Of a stretch of 54,270 nucleotides of DNA, positions 22,975 through 32,973 are shown one piece after another; within the stretch, counting starts at the first letter, position 1; each line of letters begins with the position of its first letter. The notes beneath the pieces are model-generated. The model was not told where the DNA came from. It did not search any database and worked only from the letters and a program-made list of their open reading frames with translations. Both the position numbers and the translations under genes were made by a program. The stretch lies in the NCBI GenBank assembly GCA_964228975.1, contig CAXRCC010000102.1, forward strand, positions 1 to 54,270, given 5' to 3'. The stretch comes from Paraneptunicella sp. Lineage in GTDB: Bacteria > Pseudomonadota > Gammaproteobacteria > Enterobacterales > Alteromonadaceae.

Positions 22975-23011
22975 GGGCGCGAATTGTACGTGAAGAGAGA
23001 TATTCTCGCAA
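22975..23011 (-). promoter_or_regulatory. Sigma-70 promoter of rplU-rpmA with GC-rich discriminator
   Basis: Minus strand TTGCGA-N17-TACAAT followed by TCGCGCCC, typical of stringently controlled promoters. Confidence 0.75.
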
Positions 23012-23156
23012 GCCCCATCTTGAATTTAATTTGTACAAAATCATAGAAATAAACAGTTATACCTAAGAGTGCTCAGCAAATACTGGATACTTGGCTAGAT
23101 TTTTGTAAAATTGCCGCACTCAATATATTAGTAAAAGTTAACTGGCTCAAATCCCA

Positions 23157-24128
23157 ATGGACATCAACGCAATCCAACAGCTTTCAGAGCAAGATATGCT
23201 CGCCGTCAACCAACTGATTCAGGAGCAAGTTAAATCTGACGTCAGTTTGGTTAATCAGCTTGGGTTTTATATCATAAACAGTGGTGGTAAACGCATGCGT
23301 CCCCTCCTTTGCGTTTTAGCCTGTCGAGCACTTAACGCAAAGAATCACGACCTTCATACACTCGCCGCTATCATCGAATTCATTCACACAGCCACCTTGT
23401 TACACGATGACGTTGTTGATGAATCGAGTTTACGCAGAGGCAAGAAAACAGCTAACGAAGTATTCGGCAACCAAGCAAGCGTATTGGTTGGAGATTTCCT
23501 TTACACCCGTTCTTTTCAAATGATGGTTAGCCTCAAGAACATGAGGGTGATGGAAATTCTGTCGACATCAACAAACGTGATTGCAGAGGGAGAAGTCCTT
23601 CAATTAATGAATTGCAATGATCCCGACACGACTGAAGAAAGTTACATGCAGGTGATTTATTGTAAAACCGCTCGTTTATTTGAGGCGGCAACGCAATTAG
23701 CGGCGGTATTAACGAATCAGCCTGCCGAAATTGAATCGGCTATGCAAGATTACGGCAAATACCTCGGCACGGCTTTTCAGTTAGTTGATGACATCATGGA
23801 TTACTCTTCTAATGCGGAAGAAATGGGTAAAAACCTTGGGGACGATCTTGCTGAAGGTAAGCCCACATTGCCATTACTTTACGCCATGTGGAATGGCACA
23901 GAAGCTCAATCCCTGTTAATTCGAGAAGCCATTGAAAAAGGCAATGGTATGAACAACCTCGATGCGATACTAAAGGCAATGGAAGAGACGCGCGCGCTTG
24001 AATATGCGAAAGCGCAAGCGCTCAAAGCGAAAGAGCAAGCATTGAGTGCCCTTTCTGCAATTCCGGAATCTGAATACAAAGATGCGTTAGCAGGGTTGGT
24101 TGAAGCCGCTGTAGAACGTGTTGCTTAA
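23157..24128 (+). CDS. ispB: Octaprenyl-diphosphate synthase
   Basis: GGKRMRP, LLHDDVVD, FQLVDD, GDDLAEGKPTLP; divergent from rplU. Confidence 0.97.
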   Translation: MDINAIQQLSEQDMLAVNQLIQEQVKSDVSLVNQLGFYIINSGGKRMRPLLCVLACRALNAKNHDLHTLAAIIEFIHTATLLHDDVVDESSLRRGKKTANEVFGNQASVLVGDFLYTRSFQMMVSLKNMRVMEILSTSTNVIAEGEVLQLMNCNDPDTTEESYMQVIYCKTARLFEAATQLAAVLTNQPAEIESAMQDYGKYLGTAFQLVDDIMDYSSNAEEMGKNLGDDLAEGKPTLPLLYAMWNGTEAQSLLIREAIEKGNGMNNLDAILKAMEETRALEYAKAQALKAKEQALSALSAIPESEYKDALAGLVEAAVERVA

Positions 24129-24218
24129 CTGCACATAGCCTTTTAGCATCCACGCTGAAATGATTGAACGCAGGTTATTGAGCGTGTTTACTAAAGTTTG
24201 CGCTGATTGAGAGAGCAC

Positions 24219-24752
24219 TTACTCAGGAGATTTGGGCGGAGTATTAATACGCTTATCTGCTTCTTCTATGGGTGCGACCTCAATCGTGTTAGCGTCATTC
24301 CCGTGATTCGTTCGAGTCGTACTTTTAATTTCACTATCAATTTCACCTTCAATTTCGCTTTCCGAGGCACCCTCTCGACTTCCTTCACCATTTCCTTCAT
24401 CAGATCGAGAAAAATCGAACGAGGCTGGCAGCACGTTAATTCCAAAACGGTCGCCCAATTTAACAATGGCAGGAATGGTAATCGGTGAAAAAGGAAGAAT
24501 GGTTAATACGCCAAGCCCTAAGCCTCTTATCAAATTGACAAATTGCTTATTTGCCTGACGCATTTCATCTTTAGATGCCTTTCCTTGAGTGTACTGATGA
24601 TAGATATTCAGCATCACTTTGGTTTCTTGTGTTTCAATTTCTAGTCCACGTTTAATCACCAGCAAGTTACGACGCATAGAAACCGATGCTTTTTGCTTAA
24701 CGGTCTGTCCACGCGTTTGTACATAGTTTTTTGCTGTTGAGTAAAATTTCAT
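24219..24752 (-). CDS. Hypothetical membrane protein, LETM1-like motif with acidic low-complexity tail
   Basis: 'EMRQANKQFVNLIRGLGLGVLTILPFSPITIPAIVKLGDRFGINVLPASF' resembles the LETM1 TM/'LPSTF' region by eye. Confidence 0.55.
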   Translation of the reverse strand: MKFYSTAKNYVQTRGQTVKQKASVSMRRNLLVIKRGLEIETQETKVMLNIYHQYTQGKASKDEMRQANKQFVNLIRGLGLGVLTILPFSPITIPAIVKLGDRFGINVLPASFDFSRSDEGNGEGSREGASESEIEGEIDSEIKSTTRTNHGNDANTIEVAPIEEADKRINTPPKSPE

Positions 24753-24877
24753 GAATTAAAAAATGACCTCTTCAATTAAAAGACACCTATTGTTATATCC
24801 ATTTTACTGGATTTTATTCAGCGACAGTTTTACGCATTTGTTACAGCTTATAAATTTATATGCCTAAATGCGCCAAT

Positions 24878-26197
24878 TTAATCAAAACTGCCTGTGACAT
24901 CATTGATAAATTGTTTGAAAACCAATGCCGCTTTAAACACGCGTGGAGCATGTGTTTTGATGAAGGCTTCATCTAACACATAATTCGGATTTTCAGCTCG
25001 TAATGCTAAAAACTGATTTAGCACAGCCTCGCCATCGTAATCGCACCCAGATAAACGTAAGGTTAACTCCTCTGGCTCGGCACCAAACGCAACACCCGGT
25101 AAGCTTGAAAGGTTATACTTTTCCAGCAAAACATTGGCTAAATCTTTTGATGTCTCGATGCCAACGTTTTTCAATGCATCGCGGAAGGCACCAAAGTTAG
25201 GGTAATTATAAAATGCTCCTTGCGGTGTCGGGGCTTTTACTCCCACTTCTTGCAGCTTAGCACTCAAAAAACGATTCATATGACGGTGCAACTCACTGCA
25301 TGCATCAATATGGCTTTCAATATCATCGTAGGCTTTATAAGCTTCAATTGCAGCTACTTGTATTGGTGCAGGAACACAAGACCACAACTCACTGGCAATA
25401 TTGGTCATTCTAGCAAACATGCCAGGAATCGCTTTAGGAATAAAACAAATTCCAATTCGCCATCCACCCAGCGATAAGTGCTTAGATAGCCCCGAAGAAA
25501 TTGCGGTGTGGTCCGGCGCATATTTTGAGATAGTTTGATATTCTCTACCGCTATTAACAAAGCCGTAGATTTCATCGGAAATAATTAACACATCCTCTTC
25601 TACACACACCTTCGCGATCGCCTTCAATTCTTCTTCGGGAATCGATAATCCTGTCGGGTTTGAAGGATAATTCAATAAAATCTTAGACGGATTTAATCCG
25701 GCTTTTCTCGCATCATGAATCAGTGTGCGTAACCCAGCAGGATCGATATGCATCCCCTGCTCATCTTGAGTTGTAGGCAATTTAATAACGCTACGTCCTA
25801 ACATATAAGCCTGAGGGGCGTAACTTACCCAACTCGGTACTGGCATTATCAAGTCGCCTTCAACAGCCATTTGTAAGCTGTAAATAATTAGCTTGCTTCC
25901 CGGCGCAATCAGCACATCGTATTTGGAAGTATCCACTCCAACTTTTTCAGCATAGTAACCGGCGACGGCTTGACGCAATTCGGGTAATCCCGCGGTTGGT
26001 AAATATTGTTTATGTTGGGTGTTGTTTTTTAATGCTTCAGCAAGCCTAGGCGGAACAGGAAATGGCGATTCGCCAAACCCCATATGCAGTATTTCTTCAC
26101 CTGCAGCACGTTTTTTAACGACGAGCTCATTTACTGCAAGTGTTGGAGACAATTCAAACTCTGTCTCAGTTTTCGTTAATGCAATCACGGTTGTCAA
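24878..26197 (-). CDS. PLP-dependent aminotransferase class I/II (aspartate aminotransferase-like)
   Basis: NYPSNPTG, IISDEIY, GLSKHLSLGGWRIG (PLP lysine), PQGAFY. Confidence 0.93.
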   Translation of the reverse strand: MTTVIALTKTETEFELSPTLAVNELVVKKRAAGEEILHMGFGESPFPVPPRLAEALKNNTQHKQYLPTAGLPELRQAVAGYYAEKVGVDTSKYDVLIAPGSKLIIYSLQMAVEGDLIMPVPSWVSYAPQAYMLGRSVIKLPTTQDEQGMHIDPAGLRTLIHDARKAGLNPSKILLNYPSNPTGLSIPEEELKAIAKVCVEEDVLIISDEIYGFVNSGREYQTISKYAPDHTAISSGLSKHLSLGGWRIGICFIPKAIPGMFARMTNIASELWSCVPAPIQVAAIEAYKAYDDIESHIDACSELHRHMNRFLSAKLQEVGVKAPTPQGAFYNYPNFGAFRDALKNVGIETSKDLANVLLEKYNLSSLPGVAFGAEPEELTLRLSGCDYDGEAVLNQFLALRAENPNYVLDEAFIKTHAPRVFKAALVFKQFINDVTGSFD

Positions 26198-26560
26198 TCC
26201 TTCATTGTTTTTAACCGCACAAAGCTTTTATCCCGCCTTTGGATCGTGCTCCTCTAAGTCACTAGAGATACCCCATTCGTGCGCAACAAACGCACCGACT
26301 ACAGCTCCGTCATCGGGAAAAACGTCTTTATTTAGCCAAAAATTGGTTTTGTGTGAGTATTAAGTTGGTTTAGAAAGGCATTCAGCGTGCGCCAAATTTA
26401 TTAGCCCTTCCGAAATCCATTCTTAATAATTTTTGAACAGGACACAACCACTTTCGGTAAATAATTTTACGACTACGACTGAAGGAATTTGGCACGATTG
26501 AAGAACCCAACCGCGCCCTTTATTTCTCTGCCCAAGGGGCTTATTACTTATTGATGAAAA

Positions 26561-28192
26561 CTAAACGTTTTTCGCTTGCTCTCGTAATAAAAACTTTTGA
26601 ATTTTCCCTGTTGCTGTTTTTGCAAGTTCCCCAAAAACCACAAACTTAGGACACTTAAATCGGGCAATATTTTCTTGGCAGAATCCAATAATTTCTTCAC
26701 TCGTTGCCGATTCCCCTTCCTTTAATTCAATAAAGGCGCAAGGCACCTCGCCCCACTTATCATCAGGTTTGGCCACGACGGCCGCTGCAGCCACAGCCGG
26801 GTGTCGATAAAGCACATCTTCTAATTCAATTGATGAGATGTTTTCACCACCCGAAATAATAATATCTTTAGAGCGATCTTTAATCTCGATATAGCCATTC
26901 TCATGCATAACCGCTAAATCCCCGGTGTGGAACCACCCACCAGCAAACGACTCCTCAGTGGATTTAGGGTTTTTCAAGTAGCCCTTCATGGTGATGTTTC
27001 CACGCGTAAACACTTCGCCAATGGTTTCGCCATCGCTTGGAACGGGCTCCATGGTTTCAGGGTTTGCCACCATGAGATCTTCTTGAAGCTCGTAAGGCAC
27101 ACCTTGACGCGCTTTTAACACCGCCCGTTCGTCAGCTGGCAACTCATCCCAGTCAGGATTCCAAGCACAAACAATAGAAGGACCATAAATTTCCGTTAAC
27201 CCATAAACATGCGTCACATCAAAGCCCATTGACTCAAGCTTGCCAATCACTGCTGAAGGTGGCGCCGCGCCTGCTGTCATCATAGCGATGGCGTTTTCTA
27301 GTTGATAATCTTTTTCCTCGTAGGCTTGAATCATCATGCTCATTACTATCGGAGCGCCACATAAGTGCGTTACGCCATGCTCTTTAATTGCTTCTAAAAT
27401 GGCGTGTCCTTCTGTTCGTCTCAAGCACACATGCGTACCGCCCAAAGAGGTCACGGCCCAAGGAAAACACCAGCCATTACAGTGGAACATGGGCAACGTC
27501 CAAAGGTAGACTGGGAAATGCGTCATGCCCCACGTAAAAGCATTACCTACAGCATTTAAGTAAGCGCCCCTGTGATGACAAACCACCCCTTTAGGATCGC
27601 CTGTTGTACCGGAGGTGTAATTCAGTGCGATAGCATCCCACTCATCATCAGGTAAACGGCAAGGGTGCGCTTTATCACCTGTTGCAATAAAGGCTTCATA
27701 ATCCTGCTCACCTAACAGCGCGCCTTCTCCATCGTAAATAGGATCATCAATATCAATCACAAGAATATCGGCTTTAACCTGCGAAAGGGCTTCTCGAATC
27801 ACAGGTTCAAACTGCCTATCCGTTAATAACACTTTGGCTTCACTGTGATTCAAAATAAACGCCAACGCTTCTGCATCAAGACGGATATTCAACGAATTCA
27901 AAACAGCTCCACACATGGGAACACCAAAAGACGCTTCAACAAACTCGGGAATATTCGGCGCCATAATCGATACGGTATCGCCTTTTCCAATGCCCACTTT
28001 TTCCAACGCTGACGCCAGTTGTCGACAGCGTGTATAGGTTTCTGCCCAGTTGCGACGAATGTGTCCGTGGATCACAGCAGGTCGATTGGGATAAACAGCA
28101 GCGGTTCGGCGAAGAAAGGAAATAGGAGAGAGGGCGACAAAGTTAGCTTCATTTTTGTCTAAACCCGTATCGTAAATATTCTCGGTTGTCAT
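26561..28192 (-). CDS. Acyl-CoA synthetase / AMP-binding enzyme (short/medium-chain type)
   Basis: YTSGTTGDPKG, YGLTE, FHTGD, DRSKDIIISGGENI, TGKIQK. Confidence 0.95.
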   Translation of the reverse strand: MTTENIYDTGLDKNEANFVALSPISFLRRTAAVYPNRPAVIHGHIRRNWAETYTRCRQLASALEKVGIGKGDTVSIMAPNIPEFVEASFGVPMCGAVLNSLNIRLDAEALAFILNHSEAKVLLTDRQFEPVIREALSQVKADILVIDIDDPIYDGEGALLGEQDYEAFIATGDKAHPCRLPDDEWDAIALNYTSGTTGDPKGVVCHHRGAYLNAVGNAFTWGMTHFPVYLWTLPMFHCNGWCFPWAVTSLGGTHVCLRRTEGHAILEAIKEHGVTHLCGAPIVMSMMIQAYEEKDYQLENAIAMMTAGAAPPSAVIGKLESMGFDVTHVYGLTEIYGPSIVCAWNPDWDELPADERAVLKARQGVPYELQEDLMVANPETMEPVPSDGETIGEVFTRGNITMKGYLKNPKSTEESFAGGWFHTGDLAVMHENGYIEIKDRSKDIIISGGENISSIELEDVLYRHPAVAAAAVVAKPDDKWGEVPCAFIELKEGESATSEEIIGFCQENIARFKCPKFVVFGELAKTATGKIQKFLLREQAKNV

Positions 28193-28389
28193 TATGTTGC
28201 CTTTAATGAGTTTACCTAATACCAGCGTTGTGGCGGGTTATATGGAAACCTTTGCTACTCATCAGGTTTCAACCAATTAGGTATTAACGAAAAAGATGTA
28301 GAACCGTTTTTACCAGCTTTATTTTCTTTTGGCGATGAGACATCAGTCCTAGACTAGAAAACAAGATGCACACTTTTCGATACTGATAT

Positions 28390-28421
28390 GGTTAAAAACC
28401 CCACCAGCGCGGGGTTTAACC
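28390..28421 (-). terminator. Intrinsic terminator at the end of the accessory operon
   Basis: AAACCCC-N8-GGGGTTT flanked by GGTTAA/TTAACC; T-run on the minus strand about 20 nt after the dehydrogenase stop. Confidence 0.7.
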
Positions 28422-28438
28422 AAAATAAGATGAATGGG

Positions 28439-29518
28439 TTAGGCAGGAATGTTGATTAAAGCGCGAGTAATTTTACGCGCCTCTAAGTCATCGAGTGCTT
28501 GGTTAATGTTATCCAATGTGTATTCGTGACTGAGTAAAAGTGCAAGATTAGGTAACTTGCCTTCTCGATACAAAGACACAAATAGCGGAATATCTTTGTC
28601 TGGTTGGCTACCACCGCCCCAGCTGCCGCGAATGTGCTTGCCACGATGAAATGCGTGTGGTTCAAGCTGCATTAACTCCCCTTCAGGCGGGTGCGAGGCA
28701 AAAATACACTGACCGCCTCCTTCCCTAACTGCTGAAAATGCCATTTCAATCGTTTTCGCTCTGCCACCAGCTTCAAAGCTGTAATCCACTCCACCTGGGC
28801 AAATCGCGTCAAGCTCAGACTCAAGGTCTTGCGTTGAAAGGTTAATACAGTGCGTTGCGCCAAGCTGCCTGGCCAAGTCTAATTTGTGCGCTTCAATATC
28901 TACCGCAATTAACATTTCAGGCTGAGTAGCATAAGCCGCGATGAGCGCACTTAAGCCCACGCCGCCTAACCCAAACACAGCAATTTTCTTTCCTGTTGAT
29001 GCAGGATCATCGGGCAGTAATTTAGCTTCATTAAATACCAGTCCCATCCCTGTAGGCAAAGCACAGCCCAGTAGCACGGCTAATTTATCTGGCATGCCCT
29101 CTGGCAATTTAACCAAACGATTTTCAGCCACAATCGTCTGTTCACTAAACGTGGTTACACCACCAGAGTTCAATAGATACTCTTCACCGTTTAACGTCAA
29201 CGGATAGCGTGCGCCAGCGGCATCTTGACCCAGCCCCTTGATCCAACCGAGTACCACTTTGTCACCTTCTTGCACTTTCGTTACACCGTCGCCAATCGAC
29301 ATCACGGTGCCCACCGCTTCGTGCCCTAATAAGTGAGGCAGCCATTTGTCCTCGCCTCTATGACCTCGCACTTCAGCTAACTGAGAATGGCACAATCCAG
29401 AATAGTGGATTTTAACTTGTACCTGCCCGGTTTGTGGCTGTGGAATTTCAACACCTTCCACCACTTGCAAAGGTTGACCTGTTTCAAATAGCACGGCGGC
29501 TTTCATTTGCTGAGGCAT
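28439..29518 (-). CDS. Zinc-binding (MDR) dehydrogenase
   Basis: GLCHS and GHEAVG catalytic Zn motifs, LLGCAL, FGLGGVG Rossmann motif; no 4-Cys structural-Zn lobe. Confidence 0.92.
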   Translation of the reverse strand: MPQQMKAAVLFETGQPLQVVEGVEIPQPQTGQVQVKIHYSGLCHSQLAEVRGHRGEDKWLPHLLGHEAVGTVMSIGDGVTKVQEGDKVVLGWIKGLGQDAAGARYPLTLNGEEYLLNSGGVTTFSEQTIVAENRLVKLPEGMPDKLAVLLGCALPTGMGLVFNEAKLLPDDPASTGKKIAVFGLGGVGLSALIAAYATQPEMLIAVDIEAHKLDLARQLGATHCINLSTQDLESELDAICPGGVDYSFEAGGRAKTIEMAFSAVREGGGQCIFASHPPEGELMQLEPHAFHRGKHIRGSWGGGSQPDKDIPLFVSLYREGKLPNLALLLSHEYTLDNINQALDDLEARKITRALINIPA

Positions 29519-29545
29519 GATTACTTCCTATATTAATTTTGACGA

Positions 29546-30616
29546 TCACAACCATTGAGAAACACGCTGCACGCGTTGCTGCGCTTTATCGAATTGTTGT
29601 TGCTTTCTATTTTGTTCTGCCAAGATGTCATCTTGTTGATATTCTGTTGCAAAGCGTCTGCGCTCGTTATCCAACGTTTTAAACTCGTTAAGGTAAATCA
29701 ACGCCCACTTTAAATGCGCTAAGGGTAACAAAGCCCGTGCGTTTTCCAGTAGAGCAAGGTTTTCAGGAAACGCCTCTTTTACAAACGTCTCCATGTTTTT
29801 TTCATCGAGCGGGTAACGAGGCTGCGCAAAAAAGTCAGTCACCAGCTTCTCAGCGCTATCCCACCCTGCATATTCAAAATCAAAGAACGAAAGCTGCTGA
29901 CTTTTTGGGTGTTGCAATGTGTTATGAAAACCGATGTCAGAAGGCGATAACACTCGCTGAAATGGGGTATGTAAAGATTGAGAAAAGTGCGATAACACGC
30001 TTTTTTCAACGCGCTTAAACGCAGGTAAAAAGGACTCTTGCATCCACAATATCAAAGCATCGTAAAGGGGTTGCAGAGATTCCGGCAAATCGATGTTTTC
30101 AAGCCCGTTAAACGTATCCAGCCTGCGTTCAATTTCACGACAAAACTCCGACGCTAAGCCTAATCCACCACGAGCAGGAAGAATATGTGCTGCCTGTTGC
30201 CTAATCGCTTTTCGGTTAATATTAAAAATAAATTGAGCAACTTGCGAAGTGTAAGCAGCTTCGTGCTCAACAACGTTAGCCTTGGATGGCAAGGCCCCTT
30301 CCAGCGCACTAAACAGCGCCGCTTCTTGTATCCCGCCTTTTTGGTCAGTGTCGTTAAACTTTCCTAACAACGCGGCAATGCACGGCACGTTTTGAGCCTG
30401 TAAAACCTCCATAAAATCCGTTTCTCGCTGAAAACGGCGGCAGTCATCGTAAAAATACTGCTTTAAAAAATACGCCTGCTCGGCAGTGCGGATTTTAAGG
30501 CCTCTGTTATTTTTACCGCCAGTGACCACCTCAATGTTCGTGACGGGCAACGCGACGACACTTTGCAGCCACCGCAACAGGTCTTCATCAAGAATGTGAT
30601 GCGCACCTGACAGCAT
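29546..30616 (-). CDS. APH/choline-kinase-like phosphotransferase
   Basis: GGKNNR loop, LKQY lysine, SPSDIGFHN (Brenner-like), FFDFEYAGWD. Confidence 0.82.
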   Translation of the reverse strand: MLSGAHHILDEDLLRWLQSVVALPVTNIEVVTGGKNNRGLKIRTAEQAYFLKQYFYDDCRRFQRETDFMEVLQAQNVPCIAALLGKFNDTDQKGGIQEAALFSALEGALPSKANVVEHEAAYTSQVAQFIFNINRKAIRQQAAHILPARGGLGLASEFCREIERRLDTFNGLENIDLPESLQPLYDALILWMQESFLPAFKRVEKSVLSHFSQSLHTPFQRVLSPSDIGFHNTLQHPKSQQLSFFDFEYAGWDSAEKLVTDFFAQPRYPLDEKNMETFVKEAFPENLALLENARALLPLAHLKWALIYLNEFKTLDNERRRFATEYQQDDILAEQNRKQQQFDKAQQRVQRVSQWL

Positions 30617-31206
30617 TATTGCCCTCTAATTAAGTGCGGAATATCGGACCAATGATGAAGGGTAGTATGGGAGGTGCCTTCGTGGTGATGATCCGGATCG
30701 AATAACACGCCACGGGTATGCATAGGAAACAGAGGGTGCTCAAGAATAGATGGCAAATCGTCAATAAACCAATCTAGATGAAGATCGGCGATTTGCTGCA
30801 CTTTTTCGCTTTTTTCAGGGCAGAAATACACTTGATCAAAACAGCGTTCTAGCCCATTTGACGCCAGCCATAATCGCGCTGCGGCATGAAAATCAAGCTT
30901 GTCACCGATAATGGGATATTGAGTTTTATGACTGACCACAAACAAGAGCATGTTGTTTGTTTTCATTTGAGACAACGCCTGTGCCAACCCTTCATAAGGC
31001 TTGGCATCTCTGATAGCTTTGCCATAAACCAAGCCTTGTAGTTCAGTCCATTTCGGCTCTTCGTTACGTTCAATGAAGTAACTTTTTACCGCTTGTTTGG
31101 ATTTTTCTACCGACTCAGGCAGCCACCCCGCATCCACACCAGCTTTATGAAAAACCCCTTCATAATTCACTATCGTATTATCAAAATCGATTCCTACACG
31201 CAGCAT
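30616..31206 (-). CDS. HAD-superfamily hydrolase/phosphatase
   Basis: IDFDNT (DxD motif I), VSHKT (motif II), K then FIDD (motifs III/IV). Confidence 0.85.
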   Translation of the reverse strand: MLRVGIDFDNTIVNYEGVFHKAGVDAGWLPESVEKSKQAVKSYFIERNEEPKWTELQGLVYGKAIRDAKPYEGLAQALSQMKTNNMLLFVVSHKTQYPIIGDKLDFHAAARLWLASNGLERCFDQVYFCPEKSEKVQQIADLHLDWFIDDLPSILEHPLFPMHTRGVLFDPDHHHEGTSHTTLHHWSDIPHLIRGQ

Positions 31207-31212
31207 AAAGAC

Positions 31213-32136
31213 CTACAACCCTTCCAGTTTATTCAGAATTTTAGGCAAAATATCTTCAGCTGTCAGGCCGATTTTTTCTCGGGCAGACTCAGGATCATGG
31301 ACTTGGTCGATAAACACATCAGGAATACCGCAGCGCAGCAAGTTAACGGGTTTCGTGTAATGATCGATAACCCACTCACCAATAGCAGAGCCAAACCCGC
31401 CAATCAAACTGTGCTCTTCTAGTGTCACCACTAAGTCAAACTCGCCTAGCTTTTGCAAGTAGTCTTCGTCTAAAGGCTTTACCGTGTGCATGCTAGTAAG
31501 TTCTGTTGAAATGCTTTTTTCTGTTAACGCATCATGCAACTTTCCACCAATTTGCAATGCAGTGCCTGTGCATAATAAAAGTACTTTACTGCCGGGTTGC
31601 AACACATGCGCTTTTCCGAGCGTAATATCCGGCACGTCATCGTAGTTTAACGGCTCATTTTTCTTGCCGATTCGCAGATAAGTGGGCTGCTCTACCTCAA
31701 GCATTTGTGGCATCAAGGCTTCAAGTTCCAATGAATCTGCCGGACACACCACTTGCATGTTGGGCAATACCCGCATAATCGCAATATCTTCAAAGCTGTG
31801 ATGAGTCGGGCCAAGGTTAGCGTAAGATAGCCCAGAGCCTGTCCCCACGATGACAACCGGCTCGTTAGCATAAGCCAAGTCCACTTTAATTTGTTCGAAG
31901 TTTCTTGCCGTGGTAAATGGGGTAATGGTGTAAATGAAAGGACGCATACCTAGGTTTGCCATGCCAGAAGCCATTGTAGCCATATTCGCTTCGGCAATAC
32001 CGGCATTGATTGCCCGCTCAGGTGCAACGGCTTTTAACTTATCAAAAAGACGATTACCGATATCGGCGTACAGCAAACAAACCTTGTCGTTTTCGGCAGC
32101 CATTTGCGTTAAGGATTGTGCAAATTTATTTCTCAT
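31213..32136 (-). CDS. Transketolase-like, C-terminal (pyrimidine-binding + C-domain) subunit
   Basis: GIAEANM, GPTHHSFED, YLRIGK, TVKPLD, EEHSLIGGFG. Confidence 0.93.
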   Translation of the reverse strand: MRNKFAQSLTQMAAENDKVCLLYADIGNRLFDKLKAVAPERAINAGIAEANMATMASGMANLGMRPFIYTITPFTTARNFEQIKVDLAYANEPVVIVGTGSGLSYANLGPTHHSFEDIAIMRVLPNMQVVCPADSLELEALMPQMLEVEQPTYLRIGKKNEPLNYDDVPDITLGKAHVLQPGSKVLLLCTGTALQIGGKLHDALTEKSISTELTSMHTVKPLDEDYLQKLGEFDLVVTLEEHSLIGGFGSAIGEWVIDHYTKPVNLLRCGIPDVFIDQVHDPESAREKIGLTAEDILPKILNKLEGL

Positions 32137-32157
32137 TTTACTTCTCTTTCCTACCGA

Positions 32158-32973
32158 TTATTGTGATAAACCAAGCTCATTAGCCACGTTTTCCACCTCT
32201 TCTTCGGTAGGAATGCGATAGTGCCAATTGTTGTCATCTTCCATAAAAGAAACGCCGCCACCTTTTATCGTATCGGCAATAATAGCGCGAGGCTTGCCTG
32301 CTTGAATGCGTTCTGACTTCATCACCTCATAAAGGGCGTCAACATCGTGACCATTAACGCGTGACGTATGCCATCCAAACGCTTTCCATTTCGCTTCCAT
32401 ATCTTCCAACTGCATGATGTCGCAGCTGCGCCCAGTGCCTTGAAGTTTGTTGAAATCCACGATCACAGTGAGATTATCCAATTGATGTGCAGGGGCAAAC
32501 ATGGCGGCTTCCCAGTTTGTTCCTTCATTCAACTCACCGTCCCCCACTAACGCATAAAAATGAGAAGGCAACCCAGAGATTTTTGCTGCCTTTGCCATGC
32601 CAGTGGCAAGCCCAAGAGCATGCCCCAAGGAACCTGAAATATTTTCAACACCTGGCGGAGGGTTCTTACCAGGATGCTCTTCAAACGGGCTGCCGTTTTG
32701 CCCCAAAGTCATGACCTCTTCGGGGGCATAATATCCTCGTTGCCCAAGCACGCTATACAGCACGGCTGCTGCGTGGCCTTTACCCAGTAAAAAACGATCT
32801 CGTTCAGCCCATTGTGGCGAATCAGGGCGTATGTTCATTACCTTAAAATACAAGGTGTACAAAATCTCCACGCTTGAAAGTGAACACGCCAAGTGAGGCA
32901 CTTTATTTTTGTTAGACACCTCAACAAGCTGATGTCGTATTTTAGCGATTGTATTATTTACTTCAGAACTCAT
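32158..32973 (-). CDS. Transketolase-like, N-terminal (ThDP-binding) subunit
   Basis: RDRFLLGKGHAA, GSLGHALG, GDGELNEG...DFNKLQ, VNGHD, TIKGGG. Confidence 0.94.
   Translation of the reverse strand: MSSEVNNTIAKIRHQLVEVSNKNKVPHLACSLSSVEILYTLYFKVMNIRPDSPQWAERDRFLLGKGHAAAVLYSVLGQRGYYAPEEVMTLGQNGSPFEEHPGKNPPPGVENISGSLGHALGLATGMAKAAKISGLPSHFYALVGDGELNEGTNWEAAMFAPAHQLDNLTVIVDFNKLQGTGRSCDIMQLEDMEAKWKAFGWHTSRVNGHDVDALYEVMKSERIQAGKPRAIIADTIKGGGVSFMEDDNNWHYRIPTEEEVENVANELGLSQ

Noticed and set aside
26489-26504. TTGGCACGATTGAAGA, a sigma-54-like -24 box
   Set aside because: It lacks the -12 GC and points along the plus strand, where no gene follows.
28240-28275. CTGATGAG and GAAA on the minus strand, resembling a hammerhead ribozyme core
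   Set aside because: GAAA lies one base before CUGAUGA and no stem II followed by GAAA comes after it, so the three-stem topology cannot form.
29546-30616. APH-like gene as an aminoglycoside resistance determinant
   Set aside because: The catalytic motif is divergent and the gene is embedded in, and translationally coupled to, a sugar-metabolism operon; a small-molecule kinase role is more plausible.
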